Shown: positions 53,649 through 64,000 of the stretch, piece after piece
Layout of the letters: every line of letters starts with the position of its first letter
Numbering within the stretch: position 1 is the stretch's first letter
Assembly (NCBI RefSeq): GCF_037042905.1
Contig: NC_087256.1
Span: forward strand, 21,266,001 to 21,330,000
Origin: Lytechinus pictus
Taxonomy: Eukaryota
Direction: 5' to 3'
DNA length: 64,000 nt
Position numbers and translations under genes: made by a program
Notes under the pieces: generated by a model
What the model was told of the DNA's origin: nothing
Databases searched by the model: none
What the model saw: the letters and a program-made list of their open reading frames with translations, nothing else

Positions 53649-53946
53649 AGGCCTTCGTAAGTCACAAAAACAAAATGTAGTAGCGCGAGATAAAATATTT
53701 TTTTGCGAGTTGACATTTTTAAGAGCCATGTTATCATAATAATAAAAAAAAAGATATAGATCTCATTAAAGGAAAAACTCAACCTTGGTCATAATATGGT
53801 GTGTGTGAGAGAAAAAGAAATAAGAAAACAGAATACTGAAAGTTATAACCGTTTTAAAATGAGATCACCTAGACTGTAAATTTAAAATTGGCTATTCACT
53901 AAATTATGAAAAGTGGTAGGGACAACTTCTCCATATAGAATGAGTA

Positions 53947-54804
53947 GGGGAAGGCGGGGTAAGTTTTGACACTTTTTGCATTTTGCATGTTAGAACTGAT
54001 ATGACTATTAATATTTTAGAAATAAGAACCTTGCCTTTAAATTTGATTCTTGGGAAATATTTTTCACCTATATACAACGTTGTACCCCCACACTGAAATT
54101 CATTGTGACCTTTGAAAAAAACGATGTCAAATGGCTCAACTTGCCCCATATGTGGGGTAAGTTGTGCCACCTTCTGGGGTAAGTTGTGCCACAAAAACTA
54201 TGTACAAAATGTATGCGGGAAAAAGCAGCATGTCAATTTTTTATTTCAAGTCTTTTCACTTGGGAATTCTCTATAAATACTAACATCCTCTAAAAGTAAA
54301 AGAACTGTCATGTGAATTTACACCTTTCTCCCTGCAAATCAATGGCTTTTCAATTTTTATTTTTTTTCTTTCTTATTACCATATGAATTACCATGGCTCA
54401 ACTTGCCCTATGTTGGCTGGCTCAAAGTACCCCAGTCCGAACTTAATGCGATATTTTCACATCCACACATTTCTTATGCATCTATCATTTAAAAGACTAT
54501 GACAAGAATGAAGGTCCATAACTGGACTAACGATATTGTTCTTATTTCTTTATTATATTTAAAGACGTGTGTGGCTAAAAAGCACTCCTTTATTTCATAC
54601 CCTTTTTTACTTTTTTGGCTGAAATTTGTATTTTTCCGTCTAAACAAGTACCTTTTGTTTCAAAGTCGAAAACAATATGGTTGGGTAAAGGGTTATGTAA
54701 TGGGTCATCAATACATGACACCACCACAATGTCTGACTCATTCATTATTGGCCTGGGGGTGGTGGCTCAACTTGCCCCTATGCTCAACTTACCCCGCCTT
54801 CCCC
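53947..54804. mobile_element. TA-flanked MITE (Tc1/mariner-pogo-like)
   Basis: TA|GGGGAAGGCGGGGTAAGTT...AACTTACCCCGCCTTCCCC|TA; internal GGCTCAACTTGCCC and GGGGTAAGTTGTGCCAC repeats. Confidence 0.85.
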
Positions 54805-55719
54805 TACCTAATTATCAGGGATTTGAGGTTTTATCAGAAGCACCTATTCCACTGGGGAGGAATTTAAAATATAACACAAGTTGCATAATATGTCCTCATG
54901 AAAGAAAAATATAAACTGAAGTAAACTTTATAAAGAGAGAAAAGAAATGTATTAGATCAAACAGAAGAGTAGTTCAGATCGATTCGAACGGTTTATTTTC
55001 ATTTGGTCCAATGCCAATTCGTCCAATTTACCATTGAGAAATATATTAATATTAACTAATATTAATTGAACGTTTCTTGTAACATTCCCAATGAGTGACA
55101 ATTTATACCTGTATCCGGGACCCGTGTACACTGAAAAGCGTATCAATATGCACAAATCAGAAAAAAAAGTATATTTTCAACATCATAAGCAGCCCTGATC
55201 ATAAGTATCAAAATATATTTCAGGCACTGTTCAGAGTGGGGAAAAATATGACAAAATACTTAAATGTTAAAGAGTAATCCGAGAGCAAAGGAAAATTACT
55301 TATTTAGGGTCCGTTTTACAAGTTCATGAATAATTATAATGTCCAGCCGTTACGACAGTGGCCCCTTGTATTGTCTGTCTTTTGAAAAAAAAAAATTTGC
55401 TAACCATGAATGGAAGACAAGGATTTTCCATGAATTTAAATTTTTCAAGTAATCATATGCAGCTACAGAAGACTGGAATGTATGGCAAGCCAAATTGGGA
55501 TGTTAAATCATTCGTGCTCACGTTTTGGCACATCATACTCAAACCACTCATCTTTATGAACAGCGGAAACATGAAAATAATGAAAAATGAAAATTAATTG
55601 ACTTGTATCAATTCTTTTTAGAAAAGGTTTTTATTGTACTTTTATTCTCAAGAAACAAAATATACATAAATTATGAGTTACAAATGTGTACATGTATATT
55701 TCATAATCTAAGCCGAAGA

Positions 55720-55966
55720 ACGATCACATTGAAGATCGCTTACAAAGATAAGTGCATGCCAGACAGTTGTATTATCACTGCTGGGGAAAAGACAATTTGA
55801 TGAGATGTCCTACTTATTTTGCTTATTTCTCAGCAAGTACAAAATTTCTTCAATAATCCTTTGGCATATATTTTTTATTCATACAAACAGAGACACTTGG
55901 GTGGTCATTTGATTGGATTTTGTACAAACTCATTTTGAAATCGTGACCACAAATGGCATTTATCTC
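55720..55966 (+). mobile_element. Diverged, truncated relative of MITE family A
   Basis: Shares GGTCATTT.ATTGGATT.TGTAC.AACTCATTTTGAAATCGT.ACCACAA.TGGCATTTATCT with the 3' half of 4070-4470. Confidence 0.7.
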
Positions 55967-56930
55967 AAAACACTCACAGAAGGTTTGCTCAGAATCCAAC
56001 TAGTATTGATTCAACATTGCTTTGGAGTGAATATATACAAATACCAGGCTGGTCTTATATTAACACCAAAGTTTTTGCAGGGAACATAAATGATTTGTGA
56101 AACTAAAATTGAATGTATAATTAGAATTACAAACCACAGTAGTACTCAAAATTATACTTAGGTTTGATGATAATGTAGGAAAGCAATCTAAAATTCAGGC
56201 CCTTTTGTATACAATAAAGGTATTTTCCAAGGCCCCCCCCAAAAAAAAAAAGACAAATGTTGAAAAGGTATACTGAAAAAACTTTTGTATTAAAACGACT
56301 GAGAGGATGAAACCAAGCGTTTTACACCAGTGTAAATAGTTTAACACCCATGTGTGTTACAAGAACACCTTATGTGTAAGTTTGCTGTTATATTCAAACT
56401 TAATGGTGTATTTTTAACACCTGATGGTGTGGTCATCCCAGAACACTTACTAGTGTTGTTTTGAACACCAAAAGTTTTACAGTGTAGGACTTCATACTTA
56501 TGTCAGAGTAGTGGCATTTTATGCATTTTATCTAACAACTTCGTATTGAGAAAATAATGGTTTATACATAGTGAATGTATTTTCAACCAACATTAGGAAA
56601 ACAAGTAAGCTGTAGCAATGACCAGTCTCATCCTGCCATTTCATTATATGAATATGTTGTTATATGATTAGATATTTAATTACTGCTTAATATTTTACTC
56701 TTCTAATAGTATTTTGTATCATACTTTATAGAAAAGTTATTATTGTAATTCAATTTGTTACTAATTACTGTTTTATTTACTTACAATTTAAGTTGTAAAG
56801 TGCCCTAGGAACTTACTATTAAGCGCTATATAATAGCTCCATATCATTATCATCTTTCCCACATTTGCGAGGTAAATCACAAAATACATAATTTATTACA
56901 AATCATTTACCAATTAAAAAAAACAACATA

Positions 56931-56936
56931 TTTATT
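56931..56936 (-). terminator. Candidate RPIA polyadenylation signal (further AATAAA at 56892 and 56772)
   Basis: First minus-strand AATAAA I could find by eye downstream of the RPIA stop codon; followed by U/GU-rich sequence. Confidence 0.35.
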
Positions 56937-57529
56937 TCAACTACAGGGAGTCATTGTGGACAGAGTTGCATAAGTGATAACCATACTAAAAAAATCACAA
57001 TGTGGGTTGTTCAATCTTTGCATCTGAAAATGCAAAAAAGTTGAGGAAAGCTCAGAATAATTCTATATAAATTTATGACATAAGGGGCAACCTTCTTTTG
57101 CCTGAAAAACAGTTCCCTACGGGTTTAAGGATGTTTTCAGAAAATATGAGATTGCCACCATTGCCATAAATTCTGTCCTCAAAATTGTTTGAGATGCAAA
57201 CCACTGACTATATGCAAATCCCAAGTGCACAATACTGTTTGGTTGTAAATCAAGTCACGACATAAGAAATGATGTCTTTTGAAATTATGTCTTCATAAAA
57301 CAATCTTTAAGAGCATCAGATTTCGAGCTTTCAGATTTCCATTTCTAAACAAGCAAAAACAACTATTAGTATGTTTCCGTAAAATGGCGAGCCTAATTAC
57401 AATGAATTTTTCATTTTGCTAAAAAAACTTGAGTGGAATGTTGAAGTAAATACATGTATCATAAAAGTATAGCCACCAGGGCATGACAATGTAATTGTGA
57501 TAGGTACAATGACAGATTATAGTCCAAAG

Positions 57530-57731
57530 CAGAGGCGGATCCAATTAGAGGCACATCTGGCCAGTGCCACCCCCCCCCCCACAAAAAGGCATAAAAATCT
57601 TTTCTGTTAAAAATTATGTATATCTTGCATATGAGAGTGAAGACCTTATTACTTTTTTTTCAAATCTTTTGCTTGTCAAATTTTGTTGGATAAAATTTCC
57701 CCTTTTTTCAGATGTCTTGGATCCACCCCTG
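57530..57731. mobile_element. hAT-type MITE
   Basis: CAGAGGCGGATCCA...TGGATCCACCCCTG with a perfect 8-bp TSD GTCCAAAG. Confidence 0.85.
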
Positions 57732-57879
57732 GTCCAAAGACACCCCAATTCAAGTTAACAATGAACATGACATCTGTGTCAATATTATTTCACAAATCGT
57801 GGGATGAAATTCAATGTTATTTCTCACTAATCATGCTTTCATGATATGTCCCTCAGATAGGATGGAAAATGGAGACTCC

Positions 57880-58082
57880 ATGTAGAGGAGACTCACCACC
57901 TTTGCACGTTAAGAACCCACTGCACTATTCGTATAAGAGTAGGGGAAACCCCGGTGTACATGTAGTGGTCCACCTGCACTCCCCCAATCAGTTATATTGG
58001 GAGGAGAGACCTGCGGGTCATAGTGATTCAGTTCACTTTTCGCCTTCCAGGTACAAGTGGCGCCAAACAACTAATAATAATA
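57880..58082 (+). mobile_element. Deu/Nin-domain SINE fragment
   Basis: GCACGTTAAGAACCCACTGCACTATTCGTATAAGAGTAGGGG...CCCCGGTGT resembles, from memory, the Deu/Nin central domain; (TAA)n tail. Confidence 0.6.
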
Positions 58083-58552
58083 CGTTCGCATGAAGGTAAA
58101 CTTATAGGGTGGTTTTTCAAAACGTTGTTACATACAACTTAATGCTTGACTAATAATAACATAAAATGGATATGTATTATGAAATTATTGAGTATACACA
58201 TAAAATTAATTAACCTAAAAATAAATAAGCCAAGTATATAGAAGTATTATTCAAAGAGATGAATTCAGCCTTTGAATACATTGGAGAAACCACAGATCAA
58301 GCTAAAACGTTTGAATCCCTCTTCCCAGCATACATGTAAGTGCAATTTTAGAAATTGAATACTTTGGGTTTATACTCTCTAATAAGTATGAAAAAATATA
58401 TAATTGAATGGAAAATATGCCATCATAATTATGATCATTATGCAATAAAAACAACAGATGTGGATTTAGCAAAGAATAAAACTTGGGGGTACTACTATGG
58501 ATACTCTATTATAGTATCCTGATGAAAAAAAAAGGACATTTTATCAATATCA

Positions 58553-58763
58553 GGGGGGTGTTTCACAAAGATTTAGGTATGACTTAGAGTCGCACTTAAA
58601 TACCAAGTTGCATACGGTATGAATGGCTTGACCGCATTGGTCAGATCGTGTCATGAGGACGTGCACTACTGCGTATCTATCAATAAGATCGCGCGTTGCA
58701 TATCATGTACGCGTCGGCATTTAAATGAGATTTAAGTTATACTTAAATCTTTGTGAAACACCC
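58553..58763. mobile_element. Palindromic MITE (Harbinger-like)
   Basis: GGGTGTTTCACAAAGATTTAGGTATGACTT...AAGTTATACTTAAATCTTTGTGAAACACCC. Confidence 0.75.
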
Positions 58764-59814
58764 AATAGGTGTTGCGATTTGGGAGAAAGTGCCAGGCACT
58801 CTGCCACAATGATATTATTGATAGAAGAGCCTAGCAATGTAGTTCAATTCATTAAATTTATCCTTTCATGTTGTTGGGTTTGTTTCACTGATTGTTCTGG
58901 TGGGTGTTTCATAAAGCTATTCGCAAGTTAGGAGCAAATTTAAAAACGTCTAGTGACCCTTTCTTAAGAAACTAGCAGAGTAACCAGCATGCTCACCAAG
59001 CTGAAGTGGCCGAGCCTGTCTTCAAGACGCACTGTAAGCAGACTCAGCATGGTGTACCGGATGACCTTGCTGCAATACCCCAATTTTTGGGGCTAAGTAT
59101 AAAATTTGCTTAAATCTATGTCAGCCGCCTACCTAGCTTAAGTCTGGCTTGTGTGCGGTTTACAAACGTGCATATGAAGCGCAGATGGATACATACCCTG
59201 GCTTTGCGCATTATTTGGCATAAACTTTATGACGTCAAAATGGTTATTAGTACGTATTTTGCTTACATTTGGCAAAATAAAGAAAAAAAATTGGGACCTG
59301 AATACAAGTATTTTGCTTAGCAAAGTAAAAATGCTAAATAAAACACTTACTTAATCAATACTCTTAATAGAAAACCAGCCTAGCTCTCTACCTCGTAAAA
59401 TAGTCATTAAACCATGCCAAATGCAAGAGCATGATTTGATAGAGAATCCTTTCAGCCATGTCTTTCTCTCCCTTGAACATTTAAAGTTTGTAGAGATTCA
59501 CGCTACTTTCTTTACATGTATAGCAAACAGTCAAGACTACCTAGAATTGATCATAATTCTTTGTGCAACATATCTTTAGTTCAACTTTTACAAAATACCC
59601 TATGCAGAAGAAACTGCGAGTATGAGAAATTCAGTCAAAGAACCATCCATCATGAATGGGTAATTTGTGCTGAAAGTTCTCTAATTGGTTTGAGAAGACA
59701 CTGGGAAGACTCAAATTAATCCCAATCAGGGAAAACAGTGAAAACTAACAGCATTAAAGACGCCAAACCGTAGCTAGATCAGCTCCTGGATCAACCCAGC
59801 ACACTCAATGACAG

Positions 59815-60050
59815 TGAACCTGTTGATTACTGAATTCTATAATTCCTGTAGAATATGTACAGGGACCATCGGGTTCCAATAGACAATGGGTTAACCTACT
59901 CACTACTGAATTCTGTAATTCCCATAGACTTTGTACAGAGATCAGTCGGTTCCAGTAGACAATGGGTTAACCTGTCGACTACTGAATGCTATAATTCCCA
60001 TAAAATCCTATGATCTTTAGTCCAGGGACCATTGGGTTCCAGTAGCCAAT
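59815..60050. repeat. Degenerate ~77-bp tandem repeat (3 units) downstream of the RPIA stop
   Basis: AACCT...CTACTGAATTCT.TAATTCC...CAGGGACCAT.GGGTTCCAGTAG.CAAT three times; related monomer at ~39950-40030. Confidence 0.75.
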
Positions 60051-60417
60051 TAGAATTGTTACTCGAAAAAATTATATAACCAATTCACATTTTCCCCATC
60101 CAATTGTGTAATAATAATATATCAAAAGAAGTTTAGTCTAGCCGGTAGCGCAATATAGGATTGAACAGGCATTCTCCATTTGCTTTTCTGGGAACCACTG
60201 CTCCTGGGTATCTTTGATATGGTTGGACAACAAAGGCACAAAAAACATTACGCTGGAATATTCTTGTAAAGGAATATTGTTTGAAATCGTTCAAAATTAC
60301 TTCTTATGGAAAACGTAATTTAGACATTAGCTCAAAAAGGAGGAGCCGGTCAAAATGGAATCCTTCTCCTTAAAGTATGCAAGATGTACAGCCTCAAATG
60401 TGAATGGCTCCCTGAGA

Positions 60418-60506
60418 TCAAGGATCTTGAATCTGAACACCCCCATCAGCCATCCCAAAGTACGCCCTCTTGGCCATGTTGATGAACAACCCTGTATCCA
60501 CGACAC
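60418..60506 (-). CDS. RPIA: RPIA last coding exon
   Basis: tcAG|(G)[31 protein letters not shown]; matches the RpiA C-terminus [13 protein letters not shown]...YFG..DG. Confidence 0.96.
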
Positions 60507-61266
60507 CTGATAAGGCAAAAACAAAATTAAAGGTTAGAATAGGTTGGAAAAGAGGGATTTCATTTTTTAGGTCATTGCACATGAGAATAAGAACCGAAAG
60601 AGATACATGTAATGTCATAAGAGAATAATACATGTACCGCATATATTTCATGTATATTTAAATTTGATTTCACGATTTCTGTGCTGTTTTCAAGACAACA
60701 ACGATACATACAAATGAAGATTATTGAGGACTAAATTGTGATATTTAGAACATAAAAATCAACATGAAACTTATAAGTAAACAGTAACAGATATCATATT
60801 GATGTCATATAACAGAGGAATATATTTTTCCCTTTTTACATTACAAATGTTAGTCGTATCCTTGTATTACTACATGAACATTTAAAATAATCCTCAACTT
60901 GTCATCTTAAAAATTTCCTGTTATCAGTTAACTGCAAGAAATGTAAGACAATAAAATTAGAAACAAATATTGACACTATTCATAGTACTTTTTAGCAAAT
61001 TCATACCAGATTCTTTTTCAAAGCCTTGGGAATATTCCAGCTGCCCTGTGCACTTTACCACGTTTGCAATTAAACTGAGATAATATAAATACATGTAAGA
61101 AGTTGCTGGGGACAGGATTTCCATTCATTTACAAAGGCACGTTATACTGGCTATAATTTGATGTCATAATGCAAAGTAGATATCGCCTATATATCTGTGC
61201 CATCCATAGAACTTTGGAGGGGTTTTCATAAAGTTTCCACAAAAAAATCACACTGCTGATCCATTT

Positions 61267-62442
61267 AACAAGTGGAACGCCTCTGGCAGTCTCGCCTGCA
61301 TTACGCAATTTAATATAGCAGCAGTGCTAACTTTGAAAACTACTATAAAATAATCATTCACAAAAACACCATTCATATAATGACATAATACCACGTTCAT
61401 TGATCATAGATGACATTTGAACGGCGACTTAAGACTTGTCAAATACACCCATGTCCACATTTCATTCACTCTATCCATAAACTTTCAAAGTTATGATGGC
61501 AATTCAACAATTACCCCAACATGGCCTAAGTTTATTGACCTTAACTGACCTTTGACCTTGGTTTTGTGACCTGAAACTCACAGGGGATGTTTAGTCATAC
61601 TTGATTACTCTTATATCCCAAGTTTTATGAAAAAGATCCATAAACTTCAGAGTTAGGATGGTAATTCAACAAATACCCCCAACACGGCCAAAGTTCATTG
61701 ACCTTAAATGACCTTTGACCATGGTCATGTGACCTGAAACTCGTACAGGATGTTCAGTGATACTCGATTACTCTTATGTCCAAGTTTTATGAACTAGATC
61801 CATAAACCTTCAGAGTTAGGATGGTAATTCAACAAATACCCCCAACACGGCCAAAGTTCATTGACCCTAAATGACCTTTGACCTTGACCATGTGACCTGA
61901 AACTCAGGAAAGATGTTCACTAATACTTGTTTAACCTTATGTCCAAGTTTCATGAACTAGATCCATAAATTTTCAAAGTTATGATAGTAATTCAACAAAT
62001 ACCCCCAACTTGACCAAAGTTCATTGACCCTAAATGACCTTTGACCTTGGTCATGTGACCTGAAACTCAAGCAGGATGTTCACTAATACTTGATTAACCT
62101 TATGCCCAAGTTTCATGAACTAGGTCCATATACTTTCTAAGTTATGATGTCATTTCAAAAACTTAACCTTCGGTTAAGATTTTGAAAATAATTCTCCCAA
62201 CATGGTCTAAGTTCATTGACCCTAAATGACCTTTGACCTTAGCCATGAGACCTGAAACTCAAGCAGGATGTTCAGTAATACTTGATTAACCTTATGTCCA
62301 AGTTTCATGAACTAGGTCCATATACTTTTTAAGTTATGATGTCATTTCAAAAACTTAACCTTAGGTTAAGATTTGATGTTGACGCCGCTGCCGCCGTCGG
62401 AAAAGCGGCGCCTATAGTCTCGCTCTGCTATGCAGGCGAGAC
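61267..62442 (-). mobile_element. Helentron-associated element, copy 2, in the last RPIA intron
   Basis: Same termini and ~163-bp core repeats as 34542-35517, with one extra repeat unit and a shorter microsatellite. Confidence 0.8.
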
Positions 62443-62693
62443 AATAAAACAAATGATGCACAAATTTAAAACTTTGATGTTAGCAATGCAGAGATCTCGG
62501 CTATTCAAAATGTTACGCAAAGGGATTCAGCCAAAGTGCCACATGCTTGCACACTGTGAATAATGTGCTGCATTGCCACTAACACAATGGTAATCACAAC
62601 TGTGCATTATTTGTTTTATAACAGTTGCTGGTATTCTTTCCATTGATAACAAGGTTCATGAAAAGGTGACATGGGGAGTATTCATATAGGTAC

Positions 62694-62796
62694 CTGGAAT
62701 CATCATAAGGTCCCTGTTGACTGAATCCCAGCTTTCAGGCTTTCTATCAAACTTCCAGTCCAAGATAAAATTGCCATTGTCCGTCACTACTGGTCC
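62694..62796 (-). CDS. RPIA: RPIA penultimate coding exon (absent from the ORF track)
   Basis: ttacAG|[34 protein letters not shown](G)|GTacc; carries the hallmark [13 protein letters not shown] motif; splice phases (0 in, 1 out) fit both neighbouring exons. Confidence 0.97.
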
Positions 62797-62855
62797 CTGT
62801 AAGCAAGAAACACAAGTTTGGCAAAAATCATTACATAAGTTTGTTTTCGCTCAGT

Positions 62856-63121
62856 GATGTACTGAGGCTGAGCATGACTCCCGTCTTTCTATCAAGAGGA
62901 CATGAGTTTGCATCGCAGCCATGGCATGTTTTCTTTTCAGCAAGAAATTTACCCACATTGTACTGCACTCAACCCGGGTGAGGTGCATGGGTACCCGACA
63001 GGGTTAATTCCTTGAATGCACTGAGCGCTGCAAGGCAGCATGAACTAAAGTCAAGGTAATGATAACAGTGCACCTCGGAATAGATTACTTCTAGATATAC
63101 ATACCTATTATTATTACTATT
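62856..63121 (+). mobile_element. Diverged copy of the same SINE, in an RPIA intron
   Basis: CAGCAAGAAATTTACCCACATTGTACTGCACTCAACCCGGGTGAGGTGCATGGGTACC and a (TTA)n tail. Confidence 0.8.
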
Positions 63122-63260
63122 AAGCTCTATTTGCCTTGCACAACCTTCCCTACAGATAATATTCCCATGTTCAATGTGGCCAAGGCAAGACTTCGTGTCG
63201 GTGCCGCAGAAAAGTTTTTTTTCTCTCCATTGCTTTAGTATGTACATCAAGTATACTCAC

Positions 63261-63402
63261 TGCTTTGGCTTTGGCCATCCTGAGTTCCGGTGAGCCACCA
63301 AACTTGGTCTGGATAGTCTTGATGACTGGGCAATAGGCCATGGGAATGACTTCTATTGGAATGCCTTTGGTCCAGTTGATACCTAGGTCTGAAGACTGTT
63401 TC
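63261..63402 (-). CDS. RPIA: Ribose-5-phosphate isomerase A, internal coding exon (upstream exons lie beyond the window end)
   Basis: Translates (R)[47 protein letters not shown], matching the RpiA motif [13 protein letters not shown]...FGG...LRMA..KA; flanked by a tgcAG acceptor and a GTGAGT donor. Confidence 0.96.
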
Positions 63403-63630
63403 CTGCAACGAATCAACATATCAAATGTTATTACAAATCCCCAGTTTTCTGCAATACAGAAAAAAAATATATCTAAAAATATTTGGGAAAACACAGAATT
63501 CATGGAATTTCACAGAAGACACAATATTTCATGCCAAAAAATTAGAATGATGAAAAGTAAAGTGAAAATTAAGGCAAAATCCAACAAGACCAGATCGTGA
63601 ATAAGTGGAAAATCTGCCCATCAAACACCA

Positions 63631-63902
63631 GGGCCCCATCTTACAAAGAGTTGCGATTTATCCGATCAATCACAACTTTGGACGGCCAGCAACGTCAACA
63701 TCTATTATACATGTTTATTCAACATATTTTCTTATTATGATGTACATGTATATTCATGCATTATTTGTTTTCTTGAAAATTCAGTGTGCTTCTCATTGTT
63801 TACAAAGGATATTGTGCAAATTTCCTGTAGAAAAAATTATGACACTGATGGATTTCCATAGAGTAACGATTGATTGGATCAATCGCAACTCTTTGTAAGA
63901 CC
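63631..63902 (+). mobile_element. MITE family E, copy in an RPIA intron
   Basis: Same TIR and same internal sequence (TTTCCTGTAGAAAAAATTATGACACTGATGGATTTCCATAGAG) as 29778-30042. Confidence 0.8.
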
Positions 63903-64000
63903 CAGGTTCTCAGTGTTTTGCATGGTTTAGCACGTGTTCGCCAAAATTTATGTGCATACTACATGTACAGTGTCATATGTGTATCTAATATAACTAATAT

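Noticed and set aside
60507-60651. N-terminal extensions of the RPIA-containing ORFs (also 63403-63503 and 63171-63260)
   Set aside because: Intronic read-through beyond the splice sites; similarity to RpiA stops at the AG/GT boundaries.

Overview
AT-rich, repeat-dense eukaryotic (animal) genomic DNA. The repeat repertoire fits a sea urchin/echinoderm, which is an inference. There are no prokaryotic features, and almost all entries in the ORF track are spurious. Supported content: (1) the last three coding exons of ribose-5-phosphate isomerase A (RPIA) on the minus strand at 60.4-63.4 kb; (2) an 88-nt first coding exon missed by the ORF track (18832-18919, minus), encoding a signal peptide and ending in a phase-1 GTAAG donor. 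Its junction resembles exon 1 of Eph receptors, it has a long putative 5' UTR and a CCAAT-containing upstream region, and no second exon was found in the remaining 18.8 kb; (3) a housekeeping-type promoter at ~51.7 kb with a series of minus-strand exon-like segments downstream, suggesting an unannotated spliced, probably non-coding, transcript between the two genes; (4) many non-autonomous elements: TTAA-flanked Kolobok/T2-like, Tc1/mariner-pogo, PIF/Harbinger, hAT and unclassified MITEs, two Helentron-associated (Tsp/pearl/DINE-like) elements with tandem DR1 motifs, tRNA-derived SINEs, and minisatellites; (5) one 153-N gap. I found no clearly new biological system. The best leads are the hidden Eph-like exon, the candidate intergenic spliced transcript, and the covarying, DR1-carrying Helentron-type elements.
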